A stretch of 64,000 nt of DNA from Lama glama (lineage: Eukaryota). How positions within the stretch are numbered: the stretch's first letter is position 1; each line of letters starts with the position of its first letter. Location of the stretch: contig CM052816.1 of the NCBI GenBank assembly GCA_028534125.1, forward strand, positions 25,360,001-25,424,000, written 5' to 3'. This document shows positions 1 through 11,586 of the stretch, in pieces. The notes under the pieces were generated by a model that had not been told where the DNA came from, ran no database searches, and was given only the letters and a program-made list of their open reading frames with translations. The position numbers were made by a program, and so were the translations under genes.

Positions 1-240
1 GATGGCCAAGATTGTAGATTATACTCAGCAGTTAGGCAGGACTTTGAATTTGCTTCCCTGCCTAGGCAAGAAGGGAGAATGGGCTCACAGCAGTTATGAC
101 CCTTTGCTTGAAGACCCAGTCAGGCAACTGCCAACCAAGGTTCCTGGCCACATGGGACCCACCAGCTCAACTCTGTGGTTGTTGGTCACCCTAGCAAGCC
201 AGCATCTTGCCCCATTCTTCCTGGCTGTCTGTTGCTATCA
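1..240 (-). mobile_element. Possible decayed L1M 5'-region fragment
   Basis: 'cagcagttaggcaggactttgaatttgcttccctgcctaggc' resembles remembered antisense L1M2/L1M3 5'UTR motifs. Weak; boundaries approximate. Confidence 0.3.
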
Positions 241-3200
241 GATGTTTCTCTTCTCTCTTAATATTGGTGATTTTGTAATCAATCTACTTTCTTTTTAAGC
301 TGGAAAACATTCTTCCCTTAAAATTCCTAACCACAATGTAAGATAAGGCTGTGGAGTTTAAGAAAACTTCACTAATGTCTTGAGAATAGAGATAGGACTT
401 ACAACAAGAAAGAAAAAAGAAAGAGGGATGGAGGGAAGGAAATTCATGTAAGAATTCCTTCTCTTACAGGCCCTAGCCCCAGAAATTCTTCAGTGACCAT
501 TTACCCCATTGGATGATGCCAGCACAGGGTATGTGTCCAGTGAAATTAGTTAAATGACTGAATGAAAAGTTGCAAGATTAAGGCCATCTCCCATGCAGTG
601 GCAGGGTTTTTGACTGGATTCTTCTTACCCTGGAGTTATTTCTTTTAAAGTCTTGACTTACCGCAAAAGTCTTGACTCCCACAGAGAGACTGATAGGCTA
701 TTCTCAGACCTGCTACCCAGGGTGTATAATTATACCCACCGGCTCAAATCTGCCCACAGTGAAGATAACCTATTGTGTTATTATTCACAGACTTTTAATT
801 TGCAGTTTCCATCCCAGAATTAGATCTAGGCTTTATCTTTATACAAACAAAATCCCATTGAAGGTTGTTCCACTCCCTTATGCTTATTTTAAAAATAAGC
901 GTCTTACTGAGCAGAATTCAATCTTTTTCTTTTCAGTAATACAGATTTTGAAATTATAATTTCCTCCTTGCCCCTACCTCCTCCGCAATCCCCCAGTGTT
1001 TCAATCACTAGGTAGGGTTCAAGTTCAAGGTTCCAGACTTCTCAGGCCCCCCCTCCCCTAGTAGCCTCTGCAAGTAGTGGCATTTCCTAAACAAATGAAC
1101 TGTTTGGGGCAGAGGATGGGGAATCCACCTGACTTCTTTCTGTATTGCCTTTTCATTTATAAGGAATGAGTGTTTTGCCTGGCTTTGCTTTCTGTGCTTA
1201 AGAACTTGCTCATTAAACCCAGCAAGGGTGGCTAGTCAAAGATTCTGGTCATCTCTACCTCTTTTTCCACCTTGGAGATAAGACTATCAATCACTAACAT
1301 GCATTATAAGTTAGCTGCTGAAAGCTTGATACTGTTAGTTTAAATATCTAGTAATAAGGGAGCTTTCATTTTCTAAAAAAAACATGTAATTGTTTAGAAT
1401 TCACAGCCTTATATTTAAGCTCTGATAATTTCTTGGGTAATAAAGTTTATCAGTATCAGGCTTTTAATTTAATTTACTTTTAATCTACATACAGTCTTAG
1501 TTAAGAAAACGTACTTATAAATTTCAAAACTGTGAGAAGTTTCAATATTAAAGTTTTCCTTGATTCTGCTATCATTTAGCCTCTTTTCAAAAATATTTGT
1601 TTTTTTTTTCCTTAATGACCTTTGCATCCTGGTAGTTAACTACTAAAATAATTACTAATAGAATCATCCTACCTAAGACCCCTTGAGAGAAATCCAGCTG
1701 TATAAAGGAAGAATGAATGAATTAACTACTTTTTTTAACAGTAGATTGACATCTAATACCTAAGAGTTGCTTAATTTAGGATGGGCTCTTCAAGATTACT
1801 TTTGGATAATTTAAGGAACAAATTAGACAGTCTTAAAATTTAGACAAAGTCTAAAATTATAATGGTTCAGGTTAGACTGCCATCCTACATCATTTAAGAA
1901 ATCCTGCAGTTTGCTTTATATTTATTAAAATAAAAGTAAAATATTGACCTTCCTATCTGTTCTATAGACTAGCATTAACCTTGCCTGAAAGAAGGTGATG
2001 ATTTTTAGAGTTATGATTGTTAATGGCCTTTGAATGCATCCTGCACAGGCCTTTAACTCCCCAGTGTACGTAAGGTTCAGCCCTTTCCAGATGGGAAAAT
2101 GATAAGGACACTAGGAAGATAGCAGGTCATTCTTGGGCAGCTGCCAGAAACTTGCAGCAAAATGAATCATGTTGGACTGCAGTACTTTAGCCAGCATTTT
2201 TCTATTTTAATTTATCAAGCCAAAGCTTGTTGACATGAAAGAGAATGAAATTGTTATACAGTGGATTCTAAAAAGCCAACTCAAGGGTTTAGTGAAGGAG
2301 AGCTCTGGCTATAAATAACAAAGAAAATACAGGAAATGTTCTTTCTACTAGCACCTGCTCTGTTGTCTGAGATGCATTGGCAATTAACTCAAATCCCAGT
2401 ATCAGTATCAACTGGAAAAAGGCCAGTTCTCTGAAATATTACAGAGGCTGCATAATCTGTTGTAGATGATCATCAAAGGGCTAATCCTCAAAATAGTCAT
2501 TTTACTTTTTGATATGCAGGGCTATATTTATTGTTTATCAAATGTAATAAAGTAACTGACAGAAATGACAAAGTAGTATTGATACTTCTAGGAGAGACTT
2601 TGCAATCAGAAAAGGTTAATACCATCTTGCTAAAAAAAATTATCTTGCAGTGACTTGTCCGAAAAGGAAAACAATGATATAAATCACTGACCAGCATTCA
2701 CAAATGAAATCTCTGCATTTAACTGAAGCACATAAATCAGGTTTTACAGGAAAAGCAAAGTACTGGCAATTTCCACTGTGAGAGATAGGAAAAAATTAAC
2801 TGATGAGAGTAGGAATTCACATATGTGCATTAAGGGAAAAAATATCTTCCTTAATGAAAAGGCATTTAATATTTCAAACCTCTAGTCAATGTTTTGTACA
2901 TAATGGCTCCTGATTAAGTATCTTTCTCCTATTAAAGAATGTTACATATATTTGGGAGAGATGAAGCATAAACTGATACTATCTCTTGTCATCTGAGGAT
3001 GAGATGACACAAAGTTTCCATTTCATATGCTTGGACCCTGTGGAATCTGGAAATATGTATTGTCTGTGAGTCTGTTTATTTCTTCAAGGTACAATTTGTT
3101 TATTTATTTGTGCCTTTCCTCAAAGGATCTTTATTGAATGCCTACTTTGGGCATCGCACTAAAGAAGACTATCAGTTGCCCAAATTGACCATGCAGATAA

Positions 3201-3679
3201 ATCAACTGAGCATGATACTTAGATTTTCTATGTAGAAAGATAGAAAGAGAACATGTAAATAATTACCTATGATAACTATCACCTGTGATATAATTGTAGG
3301 TAATAAATATAGTGGTATTTTTATTTAAGTTTATAATCAAATATGAAACAAGACTTCCTACTATCATAACTCTTTTTCTAATTTGTGAATTCATTTGTAC
3401 CTTGCCAAAAACATAAAATTAAATGCCATCTAATTTCACTATAATTTATTGTCTTTATTTAAAATAACAGAATTGCATATTATTGTAGCCCTGGTAAATC
3501 TAGATTAAATGTTTACTATACGATAGTCTGTACACTCCAAATAGACCATTAGGCCATTCCACACATCATCACTGCAAGTCATTTCAAATTTCTATTAGTA
3601 TTATTTAATGATGACAATAAAATACTAGACTATTCAGTTAACTTTGAGAAAAAGTAAAATAATGATTAAATTTTGAGAG

Positions 3680-4050
3680 TGTATTATATTCTGGGTATGC
3701 TGCTCATTGCTTTACATACATTACCAATTTGATCTTTACGTTACCCCTGTGTGGTAAGTACAGTTGACCCTTGAATAACATGGATTTGAATTGCACTGGT
3801 CCACTTTCACATGGAGTTTTTCAGTAGTAAATAGTACAGTACTACACAATCTGCAGTTGATTGATTCCTTAGATGCAGACCTGCAATACAGAGGGTTATA
3901 TGTGGATTTTCAACTTCAGGGAGGGTGGGCACCCCTAGCTCCTGAGTTGTTCAAGGGTCAACTATACTATTATTGTCTGCATTTTACAGATGAGGAAACT
4001 AAGGATTCAAAGATTTAGTTAACTTGACAGTGTTTAAATTTGAACCCAAA
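3680..4050 (-). mobile_element. MIR SINE, interrupted by a Tigger2-type element
   Basis: MIR core 'cattttacagatgaggaaactaagg' near 3980-4003; 'gctttacatacattacc...tacccctgtgtggtaagta' on the other side of the insert. Confidence 0.8.
3761..3964 (+). mobile_element. Tigger2/Tigger2a-type non-autonomous TcMar DNA transposon
   Basis: TIRs 'cagttgacccttgaataac' and 'gttgttcaagggtcaacta', with TA on both sides (3759-3760, 3965-3966). Confidence 0.9.
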
Positions 4051-4094
4051 TGAGCAGTAACATCAGAAATTGTACTAATCTGAAACAGTTTTTG

Positions 4095-5290
4095 AAAAGA
4101 AAAGGTAAAATATTACTTGCAGATAATATGATTGCATTTTTTAAAAGAATAAACTAGAAAGCCACTACATATGAAGACACATGATATTTACATAGTTAAT
4201 AAATTTAATTTTTTTATATAAATAATAACCAATTAAAAATATATTGGAAGCAAATATCTCAAACATAGTCCCCAAAAGAATGAGCTTTACGGAAACAATG
4301 TTATAAGGAATCTGTAGGTGATTACGAGGAGAAAAGTTTTCAGTATCTGTTGAAAGACATAATAAAATCCTGCAATAAAATGCAGTCTATCCTGTTCTTA
4401 GAAATAAAGACTCAATATTGTTAAAATATTAAGCCAAAAAAAGAACCTCTAAAATCTACAAAATGAAACTGTTTTACTGTATTAGTCTGAAAAATGAACA
4501 CATAAAACTAGCTAGAAATAGTCTAAAGAAGAATAAAGAGTCATACCAGATAATAAAACATATGCTAGTGCTCTAATTCATGTAACTTTAATAATGGCCG
4601 AGGAATACACAGAAATATCAATGGAAGAGAGTGAGTTCATAAATAGACCCAAATGCATATGAGAAAGTAGCACAAAAAAAGAGTATCTCAAATCAATGGA
4701 GATAAAGATGAATTTTTTAATAAATCTTTGATAACTGTATAGTCATTTGGAAAAAATAAAGCCACATTTTGAAATCACTACTTACATAAAAATAAACTCC
4801 AGATGGATCAAAGACTTAAAGTAAACAATGAAGTCATAAAAGTGTTGGATGAAAACATAACTGAATTTATTTATAACCTTAGGATAAAGATGATCTTTTT
4901 AAGCAGACACAGAACTCAGAAACCATAAATTTGATGACTTAGACAACACTTAAAAGAAAAACCTTTCAGCAAAGTCTAAAACATTATGAATAGAAGACAT
5001 TTAACAGACAAGAAACACATGACAAAAAACTCATGTTTTTAATTTTGAAAAATAAAAAACTTACAAATTGATTTTTAAATAGAGAACAATTTAATACAAT
5101 TATAATGCTATATAATTGTATTAAAATGTGACAGTAATTTAAAAACTGGAACCAACTTAAATATCTTTCAGAATGAGATTTGTTAGATAAGTTATGGTAT
5201 ATCTAAATAATGTAAAAAAAAAGTACAACCTAATCAATAAAAGAATTACAGTAGGTCCAAATAGTATAAAAATTTTTTACCACTTAGTTA
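4095..5290 (+). mobile_element. Old L1 (L1M/L1ME-type) ORF2/3' fragment with internal deletions
   Basis: A-rich strand with L1 ORF2 relics: 'ttgcagataatatgattg' (FADDMI region), 'gactcaatattgttaaaat', 'aaatagacccaaatgcatatg', 'aaataaactccagatggatcaaagacttaaa'. Confidence 0.85.
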
Positions 5291-5609
5291 AATACATTTA
5301 AATTATTTTGAAGAGTGATAGCCTCAAAGTGAAGTTTAGGAAGGTGCTTATGTGTAGGAAAGATTACTTCTAGCTATAACTATGCTCGAAGGAGAATCTC
5401 AAAAAGTAAAGAGAAGTTAAACATGATGAGAAAGAAAAGAGGAGTGCTTTTCAAGCTAAGAAATAGCATGCTGAAGGCTAAGCGTTGGAAAAGGTTGAGA
5501 AGCTGAAGGCAGATGAAGTTTAAGACAGATGAAGTAAAAAGGTATCTTGGGGGTCATATCACTGAAGGGTTTAATTATCTCATTGAAGAGGATACAGATG
5601 ATGAGGAAA

Positions 5610-5805
5610 TAAGTTTGCTGTGAACTAACCAGCCAGGCATAAGTCAACTCTTCCTGAAATATCTCATTTAAACCTCGCAGCATGCCTCAGAACTGCTTAT
5701 CATTATTCCCATTTTAAAAGTAAAGAACTGAGACTTGAAAACTTAAATAACTCACTTAAGTTCTCACAGTAAGTAGCAGAATTGACATTTAAATTGGGCA
5801 GTCAT
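5610..5805 (-). mobile_element. MIR SINE
   Basis: 'atctcatttaaacctc...attattccccattttaaaagtaaagaactgagact...ttaaataactcacttaagttctcacag' matches the antisense MIR core. Confidence 0.75.
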
Positions 5806-7049
5806 AAAAGTTATTGTGTAACTTGGAACGCTGGAGAGTAAAAGGGATGACAGGCTCAAATACAGTTCTGTTGTGGCAAGCAAAGGTGAAGGGTCACTTA
5901 GTACATTTGAACCAAGCCTGTCTCCAGAACCTCCTCTCTGACATCACTTACACAAGTTGGCCCACACCAAATATTTTCTTTTAAAAACCTCTCATGACCT
6001 CACCAAATGCTCTGTCAAACATTGCCTCACGTCAGAATTAGGGATGAGGAAGCCTTGCTAGCTCACAGGGCTGAGGTCTCCACCCCCAACAAGGATCTAT
6101 ATGGGTTAGGGGACAGCCGTTTGCCCAGGCCCATGTTAAATGACCCGAACCTCAACGTCTCCAGTCTTGTCCTGGAATATTGTTCTTCCGAATAATAAAG
6201 CCTGCAACTTCAGAATTTGAATGCCACGGCATTTCTTTCCTAGAAAAAACTATGTTACCACCGTTCAGCCTAAGCCCGATCTTTTCTAGCAGAGGATTCT
6301 TGGTTGATTGATAATCAACATGATGAACCTTATACATGACATTATTTAGAAGTTACTTTCCTTTCACAGGCTAAGCAGTCATTATTAGCTGACAGTGGAG
6401 GACTGTTATTGAGGGTTGTGCTTGTTTCCAAAATATTTCTCATCAGAAATTTCTTCCTCAGTGGACCATATTGGACACCTGTTATCTTACTACCTTTGCA
6501 TGTTAAGCCTGTCGTCTTCACCCTGGCCCTCTTCCACCAATTTTTTCCTCCCAGGCCCTGTGCATGTGTTCTTGTCCTCTGGTACAGAATCTGTTTATGT
6601 ACATTCTAAAATGGGCCAGCATTCACATGAAAAGTGCCAGTAATTTCTATATCTCATTCGAAGGATGATTGCTTATTTATTAGTAGTATTTAAGTATTTA
6701 TAATCAAGATTACCTTCTTCCTTTACATTTACAAGTATCAATGAATATACTCTATATGGAATATGAAGTAGGGAATATATTACATTATCTGTCTATAGAT
6801 AGATACACACATATGTAACAGCAAGTTTTTGATAAGTTGTTACTTTGCACTTTTAAATGTATTATAAATTTTTGAAGGCTTATATACAATTGGCATTTTC
6901 CTTTACCTCCTTCTTGCCAGATATTTTTATTGCTTTTGTAAGCAAACTAATTTGTGCCACTCAAACACCAGATGAATACAGCTGATGTTTCAAGAAACAC
7001 TGTCAAACCCAAACATTTCAAAGAGACCATAAATAGCAGTGCCAATTAA

Positions 7050-7110
7050 TTTTCTTTCCTTCCTCCTTCCCTCCCTCCCTCCCTTCCTCCCTTCCTTCCT
7101 TCTTTCTTTT
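7050..7110. repeat. (TTCC/CCCT)n pyrimidine low-complexity tract
   Basis: 'tttctttccttcctccttccctccctccctcccttcctcccttccttccttc', read directly; sits at the tail end of the adjacent L2. Confidence 0.9.
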
Positions 7111-7270
7111 TACCAACAAATTGATCAATACTTTATGACAGGCACAGTTCCTGGTAAAGTTAATATGGAGGTAAACAAGACAAGGCTTCCGACCTCATAA
7201 AACTTGCCTTCTAGTGGGTAGAAATGTGAGTAAATTAAATGTGTTGACAGTGCAAAGTATTCTGAAGAAA
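7111..7270 (-). mobile_element. L2 LINE 3' end
   Basis: 'caacaaattgatcaatactttatgacaggcacagttcctgg...aaacaagacaagg...cctcataaaacttgccttctagtggg' is the typical antisense L2 3' terminus. Confidence 0.75.
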
Positions 7271-7282
7271 ACTTTTTTTTTA

Positions 7283-10110
7283 AGTGATGTAAAATAGACG
7301 TTTTCAGATAAACAAACACTGAAAGAATTTGTTTCTTGTAGATCTGCTTGTGAGAAATGCTGAAGTTTGTTCTTTAGGATAAAAGGAAATAATACAGATG
7401 AAAGGACAGGGTGAAGCACCCTGGAAATGGTAACTATGTGGAGAAACATAAGAAAATATATTTTTCTCATAATTTCTTTAAAAGGCAACAACAATATGAT
7501 CACCCATGATAGAAAATTCCACCAAACTGTAAATATATGCTCATTTCCTCAATCTTAAAGATGTCTGTAAAAAAAAAAAAACTACAGCTAAGATCATACT
7601 TCTCTCAGAATCAGGAACAGGGCAAGAATTTGTGCTGTGAACACTTGTAGTCAATATTATACTTCACATCCTATCCATTGCAGCAGGGAGGAAAATTAGT
7701 GGGGGTATAGAGACTGGGAGGAAAGAAGTAACTGTTTTATTTGCAGATGGTTTGATTGTTTATATAAAAAATTCTGACATCTATAAAACAAACTACTAGC
7801 AGTAATAAGTGAATTTAGCAAGGTCATAAGATACATGGTTGGTATATCAAGAAATCAATGTCATTGCTATATACTAGCAAAAACAATTCGAAAATAAAAC
7901 TAAAAACAATATTGTGTTATACTATCTATTGCTGCATAATAAATTACCAGAGGTATAATGACTTATAAGCTGCAGTTATGATCTCACATAGATAGTTTCC
8001 ATGGATTGGGAATTTGGGGAAAACTTGGCTGGATGATTCTGGCTCTGGTTTCTCAAGAGGTTGCAGTCGGGATGTCAGCCAGAGCAGCAGTGCTCTGGAG
8101 GCTAGACTGGAAGGTTTGCTTTCAGGAAGGCTCACTCACATGGCTGGCAGGTTGATGCTGGATATTGGCAAAAGGTCTCAGGTCCCCACCATGTGTGCCT
8201 CTCCACAGGACCTGGAGGGTGTCCTCATGACCTGGCAATAGCTTCTCCCAAAGTGAATGATGATCCAAAAGAGGTCAAGGAGGAAGCCACAGTTTCTTTT
8301 ATGACTGAGCCTTGAAAGTCCCACTCAGTCATCCCCACATCTTCTTAGTCTCTTGGGTCAGCTTTATTCAGTGGGGAATGCCTACAAAAGGTTCATAAAC
8401 CTCCAGAGAAGTGAAAATCTTTGGGAACTTTCTTAGATGCTGATCATCACAAGTACTATTTGTTATAGCACCAAAATATTTTTTTAAGTGTAGAAATAAA
8501 GTATGTGCAAGACTCTGTACCAAAAACTACAAAGAATTGCCCAGGGAAATTGAAGATTTTCTAAATAAATGAAAAATATGCTATGTTAATGGATTGGAAG
8601 GGTGAATAATGTAAAAGTGTCAATTCTCCCTCAAACTGATGTATGATTCAAGTTCAATTAAAATGTAATCAAGCTTTTATGTAGAAATTGACAAGCTGGT
8701 TATAGCATTTGTAAGGAAATGCAAAAAACCTAAAATATCCTTAAAGACAGTTGGAAGACACACACTGTCTGCTTGCAGGACTTATTACAGAACTACAGTA
8801 TACTCTCAAGAAAGTAACAAACAAATAAAAAGTGAAATAGTTCAGTGAACACAGTAGGGAATCCAAAAACAGTCATGTTTTTAAACATATTTATTTGATA
8901 AAAACCAGGGCAATTTAATATGGAAAAATCTTTCTAGCAAAGGTAGTGTTGGAACAATTGGATAAATGTATGAAAGAAAAATGAATCCTGATGTCTCTTT
9001 TTATATGATACACAAAATAATTAAATTAAGGTGCACCAGAGACTTAAATGTAAAAAAGCTAAACCATTAAAACTTCTAGAGGAGAATGTAACAGAATATC
9101 CTGGGGGCTTTGGATAGACAAAGATTTCTTAGGACATAACAAACACAAAGCATGAATGAAAAAATATATAAAATTTGATTTCATCAAAATTAAAACCTAA
9201 CAACATGGCTTTAATAAAAATAAAAATATAAGTCTCAGACTAGAAGAAATTATATGTGTGCATTTAGAATACATAAAGAACTATCAAAACTTGAAACAAA
9301 AAATAAATAAGAAATAGACAAAAACTTGAACAGACCCTTCTAAGAGAAAATAGGTGAACGGTCAAAAAGCACATGAAAACCTCAAAGTCATTCAGTGTCA
9401 GAGAATGCAAATTAAAACTACAATAAGATAATACTGCATACCCTTTAGAATGGCTAAATTAAAATACTGGCAGTAGCAGTGTTTTCAGTACTGTGGAGCA
9501 ACTTAAAGTCTCAAATGTTGGGTGGCGGGAGTATAAAATAGTGTAGCCAATTCAGAGTACAGTTTAGCATTTTCCTATAGCTAACATAGATTTACCATAC
9601 AATCAATCAGCTCCACTCCTAGGAATTTACTCAAGACAATTGACAACATACGTCCAACAAAAAGACTTGTGCTTGAAAGTATATAACAGTTTTATGCATC
9701 ATAACAAAAAATTGGAAATCGAGCAGATGTCTATCAACAGGAGAAAGGGGAAGCATATTGTAGTATACCCACAAAAGGGAGTGCTAATCAAAAATTAATA
9801 AAAGAATAAATGAATGAATCTCAAAAACATAATGAAGAGTGAGGAAAGTTACATGTGAAAGAATATATACCATATAATTCTATTTATATGAAATTTAATA
9901 ACAGGCAAAACGAATCCATGGTGTTAGAAAGTAGAATGGTGGTTGCCTATGAAAGATGGTGTTTCACTGGATTGGATGGACAGAGTGGATTTTCTCTGAG
10001 GTGATGGACTTGTTCTGTGCCTGATTAAAGTGTTGTTTACATACATATTCATCCATACTCACTCAAGATGTGCTTTTCATTGTATGTAAAATTTACCTCC
10101 ATTTTTTAAA
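7283..10110 (+). mobile_element. Decayed L1 (L1ME-like): ORF1 end, ORF2 pieces and 3'UTR, split by an MLT1 LTR
   Basis: Colinear relics: 'ttttcagataaacaaacactgaaagaatttg' (ORF1 end), 'tatttgcagatggtttgattgt', 'gtgaatttagcaaggt', 'gtagaaattgacaagct', 'gaatgcaaattaaaactacaataagata', and 3' end 'cattgtatgtaaaatttacctc'. Confidence 0.9.
7913..8451 (-). mobile_element. MLT1 (ERVL-MaLR) solo LTR, MLT1F/G/H-like
   Basis: TG...CA termini; 'tctattgctgcataataaattacc' and 'ggctcactcacatggctggcaggttg'; degenerate 5-bp TSD aatat/agtac. Confidence 0.85.
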
Positions 10111-10114
10111 TGAG

Positions 10115-10345
10115 GAAGAAATTAAAAGAGTAAAGCAGTTAGGAGGTTGCTGCAAAAATTCAAGTGAGAAAATGATTATAAATCAATAAAAAAATGTTAA
10201 AAAAAATTCAAGTGAGAGATGATGGTGGGACCAATGGAGGTGGTGAAAGTCGCAGGATGGGACACGTGCTTTATAGTGTGCAGATAAGACTTACTTATAA
10301 ATTGGTTGTGAGAAATGAGGAAAAGAAAGGAATCAAGGATTACAA
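10115..10345 (-). mobile_element. L2 LINE fragment
   Basis: 'cagttaggaggttgctgca...tcaagtgagagatgatggtgg...gaggaaaagaaaggaatcaaggat' are typical antisense L2 motifs. Confidence 0.8.
10170..10201 (+). mobile_element. Ultra-short 5'-truncated young L1 3' tail with 16-bp TSD
   Basis: Perfect direct repeat aaaaattcaagtgaga at 10154-10169 and 10202-10217 flanks 'aaatgattataaatcaataaaaaaatgttaaa'; near-identical to 33229-33265. Confidence 0.8.
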
Positions 10346-10479
10346 AGGTGAGAGGGGTCATCTTCCTTGCTCTTTATTTTATATGGCTCATCATGCAGCC
10401 ATAAACCTTTCTACAGAAGTTAGCCTTTGTTAGAAGGGGGTTTAGCATTTACTGATGTAGAAAGCTAAAGCCAATCTTT

Positions 10480-10958
10480 GACCCATTTGCCCTTGAGTCT
10501 CTTCCTCCTCCTTCCCCTTCTCTGTTCACGGTCACGAGGAAGGAGGAAGTGTTGCTCTCCTCTCCAAGCTGTATCCCAGGCTACCTTGTCAGATGGCTTC
10601 TGGTTAGGTTTGGCCAGTGGAAGAACTGTAGGGAGATGAAAACATATGAGGAAGAGAGGAAACAGAGTATCTTTCCTCCTCTTTCTTCATGGAAGCATGC
10701 CTCCAACAATGGCTGTGTCTCCTTCATGGCTTCAGCCTCCATGAGGTGACCCCCACCTCCAGGCTCCCGACACCACACTGCCACTTTGGTCCTCCAGCCT
10801 AGTAATGGCTCCTGCTGTTGGTAATACTTGGGTTGCCTGGCAACCTCCTGTTGGCTTTTCAGCATTTACATCACTTGGGTGCCCAATTTCCTATATTAAC
10901 TTCCCTCCATTTGAAAATCATAGTTTGATTTGTTTCCCTGGTTCAAGCTAGGCTATTA
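10480..10958 (+). mobile_element. LTR33-family (ERVL) solo LTR
   Basis: 'tggcttctggttaggtttggccagtggaagaactgtagggagat...gaggaagagagga', 'gtaatggctcctgctgttg' and 'ctatattaacttccctc' follow the LTR33 order. Confidence 0.7.
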
Positions 10959-11471
10959 GTCAGGAAAGAAACAGAGTAACACTGGGACCTGTTAACTCTT
11001 ACAACTGAGTCCAGTTTGCTTATTTTGTCTTACTTACTGTGAGTCGGTACACATATGGATGAAAGACTCAACTGTTACAGTTCTGTAGGAAAGGTCAACT
11101 TAATAATAGTAGTATCAATTTTGCCTTAAGGAATGTTTTAAGCAACCTTTTTTTTACCTACTTTTTCTCCTTTACATATATAGAAATTCACTCAAAATAA
11201 ATGTTCCATAAATGTTAGCTATTATCACCTGCAAACTTCTTATACTACTATTCCTAAATAAACTATTCTTTGGAATTTTGTAGTCCTAAAGAAAACATAT
11301 TTATAATTATCCTTGGGTCTAGGGATTCATGTGTAAATGATTATGTTAAGATTGTGATTTAATGAATCTCATATAAGGAGGAAAAAGAGGTTCCCTAATA
11401 GACTAAAAATGTAGTTCCTTAAAAATATGTCTTAAAGGTTTGGGATAATGAAACATTCTAGAAAAGCATAA

Positions 11472-11586
11472 TGATGATTCTACAATATTGTGAATGTACT
11501 TAATGCCACTGAACTACATGCTTAAAAATGGTTAAAATGGTAAATTATGTTATGTATTTTACTGCAATAAAAAAGTAAAAAAAAAT
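11472..11586 (+). mobile_element. L1MB 3' terminus with poly(A)
   Basis: 'tgtgaatgtacttaatgccactgaactacatgcttaaaaatggttaaaatggtaaattatgttatgtatttt...aataaaaaa' is the characteristic L1MB end. Confidence 0.9.

Noticed and set aside
7283..10110. Active L1 or intact reverse transcriptase
   Set aside because: Heavily diverged, with stops, deletions and an LTR insertion; no long ORF.
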